Made by a program: the position numbers and the translations under genes. A DNA stretch of 64,000 nucleotides from Chloroflexota bacterium (lineage in GTDB: Bacteria; Chloroflexota; Limnocylindria; Limnocylindrales; CSP1-4): positions 20,567-84,566 of the forward strand of contig DAHXON010000001.1 of the NCBI GenBank assembly GCA_027364875.1, read 5' to 3'. Of this stretch, positions 27,216-36,907 are shown one piece after another. A model generated the notes under the pieces. That model made no database searches. It was not told the origin of the DNA and saw only the letters and a list, made by a program, of their open reading frames with translations. Numbering within the stretch: position 1 is the stretch's first letter; each line of letters opens with the position of its first letter.

Positions 27216-27890
27216 CTAGCCCAGGCGTTCGCTCAGGAAGGCGACCGTGCGCTCGAACGCGAGCTCGGCCGCTTCACGGCGGTAGGCATCTCGGGAAGGC
27301 TCGGCGAACCAGTGGCCGGTGCCCGGATAGCGGTGGAACACGGCCTCGCGCCCCGCGCCGCGCAGGGCGGCTTCGAACGCCGTGACGCCCTCGTCGGTCT
27401 CGTACGGGTCCGTCTCGGCGAAGTGCCCGAGAACGGGGACGTGGGCCCGGGCGAGGCTCGGACCCGAGATGGAGCCGTAGTAGACCACCGACGCGACGAG
27501 GCGGTCGCGCTCGGCCGGGCTCCACATGGCCCAGGCACCGCCCATCGAAAAGCCGAGGGTGGCGAGCTTCGACGAGGGGCCCAGCGCGGCGGCCAGGCGG
27601 TCCACGGCCGACAGTGCGATCGCGTCGGCGGCCGGCTCGTCGATCGAGCTGGACAGTCGATCCGCTTCATCGATGACGGACGTCACCGCGCCGCCGTAGA
27701 GGTCCGGGGCCACCACGGCGAACCCGGCCGCGGCCAGACGGTCGGCATAGGCGAGAGCGTCGTCGTTCAGGCCCCACCAGGGATGGAAGACAACCACGCC
27801 CGGGGTGCCGGGCGTCTGCTGCCCGGTCGCGCCGGCCCAGTACAAACGCGTGGTCTTGCCGCCGGCCTCGATCGTCTCGAATGCGCTCAT
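27216..27890 (-). CDS. Dienelactone hydrolase family protein
   Basis: GVVVFHPWWGLND...ADRLAAAGFAVVAPDLYGG...GFSMGG...HRYPGTGHWF. Confidence 0.85.
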   Translation of the reverse strand: MSAFETIEAGGKTTRLYWAGATGQQTPGTPGVVVFHPWWGLNDDALAYADRLAAAGFAVVAPDLYGGAVTSVIDEADRLSSSIDEPAADAIALSAVDRLAAALGPSSKLATLGFSMGGAWAMWSPAERDRLVASVVYYGSISGPSLARAHVPVLGHFAETDPYETDEGVTAFEAALRGAGREAVFHRYPGTGHWFAEPSRDAYRREAAELAFERTVAFLSERLG

Positions 27891-28000
27891 TGCCGCCTCG
27901 CTGATGCAATTGAACCTACTCTAGCCGCCTACCTGCCGGTTTCTGGCAGGTTTCGCCGTACGGGCGTGCCGTCTGTGCCACCCGGTGGGGCAGCCGGTCC

Positions 28001-29503
28001 ATGACCGGTTCTATCTGCGAGAGTTCCGGCGTGGCAGGAGACGATCCGGGCCCCATTTTCAGCGGTGTCGCGCGCTCGTATGACCGCGTGGCAACGGTGC
28101 TGTCCCTGGGACAGGATCCCCGGTGGCGGCAAGCCGCGGTGGCTGCGATCGAGGCCCGGCCGGAAGACCGCGTGCTGGACGTCGCGACGGGGACGGGCAT
28201 GGTGGCGGCGGCCCTCCACGAGCGATACGGCTGCGCCGTCGTGGGGCTCGACCAGAGCGATGAGATGCTGCGTCTGGCCCGCAGCCGCAACGGGACGTAT
28301 GAGTCGCTGGTTCGCGGGCGGGCCGAGGAGTTGCCCTTCCCGGACGCCTCCTTCGACCACCTGACCTTCACGTACCTGCTTCGATACGTGGACGACCCGG
28401 CGGCGACGATGCGCGAGCTTGCCAGGGTCGTGAAGCCGGGGGGTCGCGTCGCCATGGTGGAGTTCGGGCTGCCGCGCGGCGTCTGGCGGCCGCTCTGGTG
28501 GCTGTACACGCGGATAGGCCTTCCCGTTCTGGGGCGGGTGGCCTCGACGAGGTGGTCCGCGGTGGGCGCGTTCCTGGGGCCGAGCATCGAACGCTTCTGG
28601 CGGCGCAACTCGGCCGCTGATCTGGAACGGTACTGGCGAGACGCAGGCCTCGTGGACGTACGTTTCCGGAGGATGAGTCTGGGTGGCGGCGTGGTGATGA
28701 GCGCCACGAAGGCGGCGACGGATCCCCGGAGCGTGGCGACCGCCGGCGGCGGCACCGTGACGGCCGGCGGCCGGGCGGCAACGCCCGCTACCCTGCCGCC
28801 GGCGTTCTACGCCCGACGAGGTGGCGGCTGGCGCGACTACTGGACCCTGCTGCACCCGCCGTACACCGTCTGGCACCTCTCCTACGTGCTGCTCGGCGCC
28901 GCGGTCGCGCCATCGCCGGATCCCCGAACGGTCGCGGGTGCGCTCGTGGCGTTCGGACTGGCGGTCGGGGTCGGCGCGCACGCTTTTGACGAGCTCAAAG
29001 GGCGGCCCCTTCGCACGGAGATACCGTCGGCCGTGCTTGTCGGAATGGGCAGCGTTGCGCTTGCCCTCGCCGTGGCCGTGGGCCTCGTGGGAGTGGCCAT
29101 GTTCGGGGCGATGTTCCTGTTGTTCGTCGCGCTGGGCGCATCGCTGGTGGTGCTCTATGGGCTTGAGGCCCCGCTCGTCCATTCGGACGCCGGGTTCGCT
29201 CTCGGCTGGGGAGCGTTTCCCGTCGTGGCCACGGGCTACGCCTGCGGCGCCCACCCGCTGCCGCTCGCGCTGGCTGCCGCATCGGCGACCCTCCTGAGCC
29301 TGGCCCAGCGACGCCTCTCCACGCGCGCCCGAGCGATCCGGCGGCGGGCCGTGTCGGTAGTGGGCGAGATCCTGTACTCGGACGGATCACGCGAGCCCGT
29401 AAACGCGCGCAGCCTCATCGTGGCCCCGGAAGCGGCGCTCTCGATCCTCTGGCTCGCCGTCCTGGCCGTCTCGCTCGGAGCCCTGGTCGCCCGCTGGTTC
29501 TAG
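28001..29503 (+). CDS. Fusion protein: UbiE/MenG-like class I SAM methyltransferase + polytopic membrane domain of unknown family
   Basis: N-terminus FSGVARSYDRVATVLSLGQDPRWR...VLDVATGTGMVA...PGGRVAMVEF (UbiE/COQ5 pattern). The C-terminal ~250 aa form about 6-7 hydrophobic helices (HPPYTVWHLSYVLLGAAV..., GVGAHAFDELKGRPL). Confidence 0.7.
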   Translation: MTGSICESSGVAGDDPGPIFSGVARSYDRVATVLSLGQDPRWRQAAVAAIEARPEDRVLDVATGTGMVAAALHERYGCAVVGLDQSDEMLRLARSRNGTYESLVRGRAEELPFPDASFDHLTFTYLLRYVDDPAATMRELARVVKPGGRVAMVEFGLPRGVWRPLWWLYTRIGLPVLGRVASTRWSAVGAFLGPSIERFWRRNSAADLERYWRDAGLVDVRFRRMSLGGGVVMSATKAATDPRSVATAGGGTVTAGGRAATPATLPPAFYARRGGGWRDYWTLLHPPYTVWHLSYVLLGAAVAPSPDPRTVAGALVAFGLAVGVGAHAFDELKGRPLRTEIPSAVLVGMGSVALALAVAVGLVGVAMFGAMFLLFVALGASLVVLYGLEAPLVHSDAGFALGWGAFPVVATGYACGAHPLPLALAAASATLLSLAQRRLSTRARAIRRRAVSVVGEILYSDGSREPVNARSLIVAPEAALSILWLAVLAVSLGALVARWF

Positions 29504-29509
29504 CCCGCC

Positions 29510-30895
29510 CTACGCCGACGGCAGCCCGATCCAGAGCCGGCCGGCGTTCGTGACGATCACGCCGGTGGGACCCACGGTCCAAACCGTCCCGTAGTCGTAG
29601 GGCGGTTGATTGCCACTCTGGGCGAGGGGCGCGAGTCCGCCGTCTGTCCAGGTCAGAAGCGACATCCCGCCGGCATACGGGCTCTCGAGGGTGGCGTCCA
29701 GCCCCTGAAGCTGAATTCCGTGCCGGCCGTCCGTCTTGAGACAGCCCTGGTCCTGGCAGTAGAAGTAGTCGCTGATGAAGCGATCCACAGTAACCGGCTG
29801 AGGCAGCGCCTTCCATGTCCGGCCGTCCTCGGACACCCAGGCGTGCGCAGCGTTGTCGTAGTAGTCGAACACCGCGAGGGTATGGTCGTCCAGACGCTGG
29901 ACCGACAGATCGACCCTGAATTCATTCTTGGCCCCGGGCAGCTGGGACTTGACCCAATCGGTCCCATCGGCCGACCACCAGACCGCAGGCACTCTGAGAG
30001 GCGGGGTTGCCGTGGGCGCCGCGGACGGATCGACGAGCGTGACACCGCAGTTACGTGCGCCGGTCAGCTCTGTCGACCCGACGAGCACGTAGCCCGCCGA
30101 GAACGCGGTGCCGTCGTCGATGCGGGAGGTCGCGAAGACCGGCGCATCGAGATTGACGGGCTGCCAGCTACGGCCGTCTCGCGAGGTCCAGACCGCGTGG
30201 CCGATCGTGTCCGTGGCGACGAAACCCGCGGAACCGCCCGACACATCCCAGATGACGGCTTTCCCGAATGCCTTTGCCATGTCGACCGACTGCCACGTGA
30301 CGCCGTCGCCTGAGGTAAGGAGCCCCTCCACCCAGGTGTCGCCGCAGGCACCGGCCTCTTCGACCGCGAGCAGCCCGGCCGGCCCCTCGTAGACACCACG
30401 GATATTCAGGGGGTCTGCCGTCCGTTGCTGCACGCCCGGCCCGGCCTGCCAGTGCGCTCCGTCGCTCGAGTAGGTCGTGACGGCCGTCGTGGTGACCTGG
30501 TCTCCTCCCTCAGTTGTCACGCTTTGGAGCGAGAAGCCCACGAAACCACGGCTCCAGCCGAACATCTGGGGACCCGAAGAGTAGGTCGAGACCCCGGAGG
30601 CGTCCGGTTCAGGCGACTGCGGCGCCAGAAGCGGTGTCGCCGGCACCGATACCCAGTGGATGCTCTTCCACGTCCCCGATGGCGCGAGGGGCACGCTCGC
30701 GAGGTCAATTGCCGCAAGGCTGGAAGTCGGCGTGGCGGCAGGTGAGGTGATGACTGATGCCGCGGGGGTTGCCGCGGGTGGGAATGAGGGTGACCCGGTC
30801 GCGGTCGCCCCGACGCAACCTGCCGCTACCAACGCCGGGAGCAAGAGGGCGCCGCGCCTGCGCCAGGCATGACCCTGAGTGAATATCGACCCCAC
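29510..30895 (-). CDS. Secreted lipoprotein with BNR/Asp-box repeats (beta-propeller, sialidase/Ycf48-like fold)
   Basis: GGGAGGG RBS before GTG 30895. Lipobox VAAGC. Five Asp-boxes: SSDGAHWQ, SGDGVTWQ, SRDGRSWQ, SADGTDWV, SEDGRTWK. Confidence 0.7.
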   Translation of the reverse strand: MGSIFTQGHAWRRRGALLLPALVAAGCVGATATGSPSFPPAATPAASVITSPAATPTSSLAAIDLASVPLAPSGTWKSIHWVSVPATPLLAPQSPEPDASGVSTYSSGPQMFGWSRGFVGFSLQSVTTEGGDQVTTTAVTTYSSDGAHWQAGPGVQQRTADPLNIRGVYEGPAGLLAVEEAGACGDTWVEGLLTSGDGVTWQSVDMAKAFGKAVIWDVSGGSAGFVATDTIGHAVWTSRDGRSWQPVNLDAPVFATSRIDDGTAFSAGYVLVGSTELTGARNCGVTLVDPSAAPTATPPLRVPAVWWSADGTDWVKSQLPGAKNEFRVDLSVQRLDDHTLAVFDYYDNAAHAWVSEDGRTWKALPQPVTVDRFISDYFYCQDQGCLKTDGRHGIQLQGLDATLESPYAGGMSLLTWTDGGLAPLAQSGNQPPYDYGTVWTVGPTGVIVTNAGRLWIGLPSA

Positions 30896-31068
30896 TTCTT
30901 GCCCTCCCGAAGGTCGTCGTATGAGGCAGCATCGCGCCTCTTGACGTCGCGGCATAGGGCCGTGTGATGGGTCGATGGACGCGCACCCTCGTCCACAGTC
31001 CCGGGGAACGTCCCGCAGTCGGTCAAGTCGCGCTTGCTATAGGGATCGCCGTCGGTCAACCTCCGCGT

Positions 31069-33165
31069 ATGGCTTCGTCACGGCCCGACTCCCGTCAACC
31101 GCGCCCGAAGGTATCCGGCCGCGTCGCCGGGATCGCGGTCCTGGCTTGCTTCGTCGCGGGCTGCGTCCCCGGAGTGCCCGTCCCACTGTCCCCGGGCGGC
31201 GGAGTGGTCACGAGCCAGCTCGAGGGCGCGGATCGCGTCGCGGTGGCCATATCCGCTTCCACCCAGCTCTCGGCGCGGGGAGCCGTGCCCGTGGTCTACC
31301 TCGTGGCCGCGAATCCCGATTCCGAAGCCGCTGCCGCGGCGCCCGCGGCGGCTCTAGAAGGCGGGGCGATCCTCCACGCGGGAGCGACCGCGCTGGCGCC
31401 GGCGGTGGCCACCGAGCTCGCACGCCTTGCCCCCGATCGCGTCGAGATCGTCGGGGGCACGTCAACGATCGGCAAGGCCGTCGTCGGCCAGGTTTCCTCC
31501 CTGCTCGGCGAGGGCGCGAGCGTGGAGCGGATAGCCGGAAGAACCGCCCCGGAGACTGCCGCCCTGCTCTCGGCCGGGCTGTTCGCGCCTTCCGCGCCGA
31601 TCGCGTTCGTGGCTTCGGCGGACGCCTACTTCGATGCGCTGGTGGCCGCCTCGGCCGCGGCCAACGTGAAGGCCCCGCTTCTTCTGGTCACGCGCGACAC
31701 CCTCCCCTCCTCTACCGCCGCCGAGTTGCGGCGGCTCTCGCCGGATCGTCTGATCGTCGTCGGCGGCAAGTCGGCCGTCTCCGAGGCGGTCCTGGCCGGT
31801 CTCCGCACCGTGGTCCCCGTGGTCGAGCAGATCTCGGGGTCGGATCGATACTCGACCGCCGCGGCCGTCGCGACGAAGCTGTTCGCGGGCGCCGAAAGCG
31901 TCCTGGCCACTGCGGGAACGGCGGATCTCGGTGCGCTCGCCGCCATCCCGCTCGTGGCAGGCGTGGCGCCGGATGGTACGCCGCTGCTTCTCACCCAGCC
32001 CGGCGAGCAGCTTCCGGTGGCGACGCGAGACGCCCTCATGGCCCTCGAGCCCGCGTTCATATGCATCGCCGGGCCTCTGCCGCCACTCATCCGCGGCGAG
32101 CTGATCGGCTACTCGGACGGCAGGCTCGGCTTGCCGGTGGAGACGGCCACCTACCCGGCCCTGGACTCGGGCTGGCACGAACCGGGCGAGCTGTACACCG
32201 TCATCAAGGCCACCGAGATCGCCTATCCGTCGCTCGTGTCGGTCTTCTCGATCGGCAAGAGCGCCGAGGGCCGTGACATCTGGGCGGCCAAGATCTCGGA
32301 CAACGTCTCCATCGACGAGGACGAGCCCGAGGTTCTCGTGGACGCCCTCCACCACGCCGCGGAGCACCTCGGGGTCGAGCAGGCGCTCTACCTTCTCAAC
32401 ACCCTCACTTCGGGCTACGCGACCGACAAGGAGATCCGCCGCCTCGTCGACTCACGCGAGATCTGGATCATCTTCGCGGTCAATCCGGACGGCTGGGTCT
32501 ACGACATCTCGGGCGGCGAGTACCACTGGTGGCGCAAGAGCCGCCAGCACAACTTCAACAATCCCAACCTGGGCGTGGACCTGAATCGCAACTACTCATA
32601 TATGTGGGGTTGCTGCGGCGGCAGCGACTCGAGGGTCTGGGCCTGGAACTATCGCGGACCGGAGCCCTTCTCCGCGCCCGAGACCCGGGCCGTAGCCAAC
32701 TTCGTGGCCGGCCGCGTCGTCAATGGCGAGCAGCAGATCAAGACGCACGTGACCCTCCACAGCCACGGCGAGATGGTCCTGTACCCGATGAGCTACACGC
32801 TTCAGCGCCTGCCCTCCGACATGGACCCCACCGACTACTCCGTCTTCCAGGCCATGGCGCGGAAGATGGCCGCCACGAACGGCTACAAGGCCCAGCAGTC
32901 GAGCCAGCAGTATCCGACGGACGGCGACGAGATCGACTGGATGTACGCGACCTATCGGATCTTCTCGTTCACTTTCGAGCTCTACCCCACCGAAGAACAG
33001 GCGGGCAAGGGCATCGTCTATCCGTCCGACGACGTCATCGCCAGACAGACCGCTCGGAACCGTTCGGCACTGCTCTACCTGATCGATGCGGCCGCCTGTC
33101 CGTACGCCGCGATCGGGAAGGCCGCCCAATACTGTGCCGCCGTGGCGGCGTCGCCCTCCGGATAA
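31069..33165 (+). CDS. Lipoprotein: three cell-wall-binding-repeat-2 (CWB2)-like modules + M14 zinc carboxypeptidase
   Basis: Lipobox FVAGC. Repeats ...DALVAASAAANVKAPLLLV...VGGKSAVSEAV...SGSDRYSTAAAV. M14 motifs HHAAEH, NPDGW, WRKSRQ, LHSHGEMVLYP. Confidence 0.75.
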   Translation: MASSRPDSRQPRPKVSGRVAGIAVLACFVAGCVPGVPVPLSPGGGVVTSQLEGADRVAVAISASTQLSARGAVPVVYLVAANPDSEAAAAAPAAALEGGAILHAGATALAPAVATELARLAPDRVEIVGGTSTIGKAVVGQVSSLLGEGASVERIAGRTAPETAALLSAGLFAPSAPIAFVASADAYFDALVAASAAANVKAPLLLVTRDTLPSSTAAELRRLSPDRLIVVGGKSAVSEAVLAGLRTVVPVVEQISGSDRYSTAAAVATKLFAGAESVLATAGTADLGALAAIPLVAGVAPDGTPLLLTQPGEQLPVATRDALMALEPAFICIAGPLPPLIRGELIGYSDGRLGLPVETATYPALDSGWHEPGELYTVIKATEIAYPSLVSVFSIGKSAEGRDIWAAKISDNVSIDEDEPEVLVDALHHAAEHLGVEQALYLLNTLTSGYATDKEIRRLVDSREIWIIFAVNPDGWVYDISGGEYHWWRKSRQHNFNNPNLGVDLNRNYSYMWGCCGGSDSRVWAWNYRGPEPFSAPETRAVANFVAGRVVNGEQQIKTHVTLHSHGEMVLYPMSYTLQRLPSDMDPTDYSVFQAMARKMAATNGYKAQQSSQQYPTDGDEIDWMYATYRIFSFTFELYPTEEQAGKGIVYPSDDVIARQTARNRSALLYLIDAAACPYAAIGKAAQYCAAVAASPSG

Positions 33166-33250
33166 GCGGGCCGACTGCGGCGGCCGCGGTCGTGCCGGCA
33201 ACGGGCGGACCTGGCATCATCGGGTCGTTGGAGTCGTCGCGGAGGAGATC

Positions 33251-33943
33251 GTGGTGCTGGACATCTCGGGCAAGTGGGTGTTGTTGACGGGGGCCAGCCG
33301 AGGCGTAGGCCGGCAGGTCGCCGCGGCTCTCGCGGAGCGGGGCTGCCGCTTGATCCTCCAGAGCCGAAACGTCGAGCACACCGCCGCGATGGCGGCCGAG
33401 TTCGCGGCCCGCGGCCTCACGGTCCACTCCCTTGCCGCCGAGCTGTCCGATCAGGACCAGGTGATCGCCCTCGGCCGCGAAGCGCTCCGCATTTCGGGCG
33501 GCATCGACATCCTGTACAACGACGCCGCGATCCAGACGGGCTGGCACGAGGACACGTTCGCGACCGACGCCGACGAGTACCGGCGAAGCTTCCAGGTGAA
33601 CACCATCGCGCCCATTACGCTCTGCAACCTGATGCTGCCGGGCATGATCGAGCGAGGCTTCGGTCGCATCGTCAACGTCACCTCGGGGATCAAGGATCAG
33701 CCGCAGCTCATGGCCTACGCCGCGTCCAAGGCGGCCCTGGACAAGTACGTCTACGACATGGCCCCACACCTGGCCGCCACCGGCGTGACGATCAACCTGC
33801 TCGATCCAGGCTGGCTCCGAACGGACCTCGGCGGCCCGCAGGCTCCCAACGCGGTAGAGAGCGTCCTGCCCGGCGCCCTGATGCCGGTGCTCGTCGAGGA
33901 CGGCACCTCCGGCAAGTGGTTCAGCGCCCAGGACTACCGCTAG
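33251..33943 (+). CDS. Short-chain dehydrogenase/reductase (SDR)
   Basis: GGAGGAG RBS and GTG start. TGASRGVGR cofactor motif, NDAA, YAASKAAL catalytic motif. Confidence 0.85.
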   Translation: MVLDISGKWVLLTGASRGVGRQVAAALAERGCRLILQSRNVEHTAAMAAEFAARGLTVHSLAAELSDQDQVIALGREALRISGGIDILYNDAAIQTGWHEDTFATDADEYRRSFQVNTIAPITLCNLMLPGMIERGFGRIVNVTSGIKDQPQLMAYAASKAALDKYVYDMAPHLAATGVTINLLDPGWLRTDLGGPQAPNAVESVLPGALMPVLVEDGTSGKWFSAQDYR

Positions 33944-33955
33944 CGAGGGCGAGGC

Positions 33956-34321
33956 TCAACCGGCGCCCGCGGGAGCGCCGGCCTCCACCTCGATGACGTA
34001 TCCGTCCGGGTCCAGGCATTTGAACACCGAAAAGCCCGGTTCGAAGATCGCCTCGACGATGTGGATACCCTCGGCTGCCAGCCGATCGTGGAAGTCCCGA
34101 ACGAACTCGACATCCTCCGTGAGAAAACCGAAATGGAGCGTTCGCGGCCACTCCGGCGGCGAAGGGTCCGGGGTCAGAGCGAGCGAGAAGCCTTCAACGT
34201 TCCGGATCACGAACGTCTCTGCCTGCCACTCCGAGGGCCCATCGAAGCCGAAGTAGCGCTCGTAGAACGAACGCGAGCGCTCGAGGTCTCGAACCAGGAG
34301 GTAGAGGTGGTTCAGGTTCAC
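33956..34321 (-). CDS. Glyoxalase/VOC family protein
   Basis: MNLNHLYLLVRDLERSRSFYERYFGF...HFGF...DPDGYVIEV. Confidence 0.8.
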   Translation of the reverse strand: MNLNHLYLLVRDLERSRSFYERYFGFDGPSEWQAETFVIRNVEGFSLALTPDPSPPEWPRTLHFGFLTEDVEFVRDFHDRLAAEGIHIVEAIFEPGFSVFKCLDPDGYVIEVEAGAPAGAG

Positions 34322-34356
34322 GGCCGGCCTCCGGCGCGCTCGCGCCGCGGGTTCGT

Positions 34357-35193
34357 CTAGGACGGGATCCAGTTGAACTCGTCCGGGTTCGGGCCGCGGC
34401 GGCCGTTGCGATGGAGCCCGGTGATGGCCCGCATATCGGCCTCCGTCAGCTCGAAGTCGAACAACGCGAAGTTCTCCGCGATCCGGGCCGGCGTCACCGA
34501 TTTCGGGAAGACGATGTCGCCGCGCTGGATGTGCCAGCGGAGCGTCACCTGGGCCGGGGTCTTGCCGAGCCGGCCGGCGATGGCGACGACCACGGGATCG
34601 TCGAGTACCTGGCCCTGAGCGATCGGCGACCAGGCTTCGGTGGCGATGCCGTGCGAGGCGTCGTACGCCCGGAGGTCGTCCTGGTTGAAGTACGGGTGCA
34701 TCTCGATCTGGTTCACCGCCGGGACGGTCCCGGTCTCGGCCGCGAGCCGGTCGAGGTGATGGGCCTGGAAGTTGGAGACGCCGATGGCGCGCACGCGCCC
34801 GGACGCGTAGATCTCCTCCATCGCCTTCCAGGTATCCACGAAATCGCCGACGGCGGGCAGCGGCCAGTGGATGAGGAACAGATCCAGGTAGTCCAGCTTC
34901 ATGACCGCGAGCGAGCGGTCAAACGCCGCGAGAGCGTCTTTGGGGGCGTGGAAGCCGTTGTTGAGCTTGCTCGTCACGAAGACCTCGCCGCGCGGTATCC
35001 CGGAATCGCGGATGGCCTCGGCCACCTCGGCTTCGTTGCCGTACATCTCGGCCGTGTCGACGTGGCGATAGCCCACCCGCAGGGCCTCCAGCGTGGCGGC
35101 CCGAGTCTCCGCCGGCGGGATCTGGAAGACGCCGAAGCCGAGCTGCGGGATGTCCACGCCGTTGTTCAGGCGGATGTTCGGGACTGCGCTCAC
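34357..35193 (-). CDS. Aldo/keto reductase (2,5-diketo-D-gluconate reductase-like)
   Basis: LNNGVDIPQLGFGVFQ, YRHVDTAEMYGNE, FVTSKL, DLFLIHWP, SNF, IPKS-like FPKSVTPARI. Start set at GTG 35193 to give a family-typical 278 aa. Confidence 0.85.
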   Translation of the reverse strand: MSAVPNIRLNNGVDIPQLGFGVFQIPPAETRAATLEALRVGYRHVDTAEMYGNEAEVAEAIRDSGIPRGEVFVTSKLNNGFHAPKDALAAFDRSLAVMKLDYLDLFLIHWPLPAVGDFVDTWKAMEEIYASGRVRAIGVSNFQAHHLDRLAAETGTVPAVNQIEMHPYFNQDDLRAYDASHGIATEAWSPIAQGQVLDDPVVVAIAGRLGKTPAQVTLRWHIQRGDIVFPKSVTPARIAENFALFDFELTEADMRAITGLHRNGRRGPNPDEFNWIPS

Positions 35194-35496
35194 TGACTCG
35201 ATCTCCTCTGCCGTTGCGGTGGACCGTGGGCGACGGGCTCCCGCTTCCGAGACCTGCGGCCCGTCCACGAACCGATACTAGCCCAACGCGCCTCACACGT
35301 ATGCAATCGATTTCGGGACGAGCGTCCGACGACCGGCGAGGGCCGCTCGTTCCGCCTGGTTGTGCCGCCGAACCCATCTGCCGAGCCGGCCGCGACGTTT
35401 CCCCGGTCGGGCTGTCAGGCTCCGCTACTCTCGCCGCCCGAGCGGCCGGCATCTCCCGGAGGAGACCGGCGCGAGAGCCATCGGAGAACCACGCTC

Positions 35497-36870
35497 TTGT
35501 CGACTCAGAGACGGGCAGCCCTGCCGGCGCGCACCCGAGGCGCCCCGAAGGCTCCTCGCATCGACCCCGCGCGCCCGCCGGACCCAAAGGTCGCGGCGCT
35601 CGATCGTGAAGGCAACCCGGTCCGAAGGCTCCTGATGACACTTGGCCCGGGCCTGGTCACGGGCGCCTCCGACGACGATCCGTCCGGAGTCGGCACCTAT
35701 GCGCAGGCCGGCGCGAGCTACGGCTACTCGTTCCTGTGGCTGACGATCCTGATGCTGCCGATGATGACGGCCGTCCAGTACATGGCCGCAAAGATCGCCC
35801 TGACCAGCGGACGCGGCCTCGCGGCCGTCCTGCGCGAGCACTATCCGCGCTGGGTCCTGTACGGGGCACTCGCCTCGCTCGTCGTCGCAAACACGCTCAA
35901 CGCCGGCGCGGATATCGGCGCGATCGCGGCCGCCATCAACCTGCTCGTGCCGGTGCCGGCGATCGCCCTCGTCGTGCCGGTGGGGCTCGCGATTGCCGCC
36001 GTCCAGCTCCTCGGCTCATACGCGACCGTCGTGCGGCTGTTCAAGTGGCTCGCCCTGGCCCTCCTCGCCTACGTAGGCAGCGCCCTGTTCACTCACCCGG
36101 ACCTGGGCGCGGTCCTGGCCGGAAGCGTGGTTCCCACCGTCCGCCTCGACCCGGCGTTCCTGGGTCTCTTCGTGGCCTTACTCGGGACGACCATATCGCC
36201 CTACCTGTTCTTCTGGCAGGCCAGCCAGGAAGTGGACGAGCAGATCGCTATCGGCCGGCGCCGGCTCTGGCAGCGCCAGGGCGCGAGCGCGAAGGAGCTG
36301 CGTCATGCCCAGGTGGACACGGTCGCCGGCATGGTCTTCTCCGAGATCGTCGCCTACTTCATCATCCTGACGGCCGGCTCGACGCTGTTCGTCGCCGGCC
36401 AGCACGACATCGCGTCGGCCACCGACGCCGCAAAGGCGCTCCGGCCCCTCGCCGGCGACTATGCCTCCGTCCTGCTGGCGGCCGGGCTGATCGGCGCGGG
36501 CGTCCTGGCCGTTCCGGTGCTCACCGGCTCGGCTGCGTACGGCATCGCGGAAGGGTTCCGCTGGCGAGCGGGGCTGGATGAGCCGCTGCGCCGTGCTCCA
36601 CAGTTCTACGCGGTCATCGTCGTGGCCACGCTCGTGGGCATCTGCATCAACTTCGTGGGGCTCAACCCGATATCGGCCCTGGTCATCTCAGCGGTCATCA
36701 ACGGACTGCTCGCCGCCCCGATGCTGGTCCTGCTGCTGCTCGCCTCCAACGACCGGACGATCGTGGGAACGCGAACCAACGGCCGGCTGCTCAACGCGGT
36801 TGGCCTGGCGACGTCGGCGGTCATGGGCCTGGCGGCCATCGTGCTCGTCGTGACCACGGCGGTCGGCTGA
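35497..36870 (+). CDS. NRAMP-family divalent metal transporter
   Basis: LGPGLVTGASDDDPSGVGTYAQAG plus about 11 TM helices. Start uncertain: in-frame candidates are GTG 35362, TTG 35497 and ATG 35635. Confidence 0.8.
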   Translation: MSTQRRAALPARTRGAPKAPRIDPARPPDPKVAALDREGNPVRRLLMTLGPGLVTGASDDDPSGVGTYAQAGASYGYSFLWLTILMLPMMTAVQYMAAKIALTSGRGLAAVLREHYPRWVLYGALASLVVANTLNAGADIGAIAAAINLLVPVPAIALVVPVGLAIAAVQLLGSYATVVRLFKWLALALLAYVGSALFTHPDLGAVLAGSVVPTVRLDPAFLGLFVALLGTTISPYLFFWQASQEVDEQIAIGRRRLWQRQGASAKELRHAQVDTVAGMVFSEIVAYFIILTAGSTLFVAGQHDIASATDAAKALRPLAGDYASVLLAAGLIGAGVLAVPVLTGSAAYGIAEGFRWRAGLDEPLRRAPQFYAVIVVATLVGICINFVGLNPISALVISAVINGLLAAPMLVLLLLASNDRTIVGTRTNGRLLNAVGLATSAVMGLAAIVLVVTTAVG

Positions 36871-36907
36871 CCGCGCCGGGAGGAGGCGCCGCGCCGGGAC
36901 GAGCGTG

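Noticed and set aside
35269-35496. A possible Mn (yybP-ykoY) riboswitch or other leader upstream of the NRAMP transporter, because of a GGAGGAGACC string and the long 5' region.
   Set aside because: The conserved GGGGAGUAG and UUGACAUA-type elements are missing. Part of the region may be coding, since the start codon is ambiguous.
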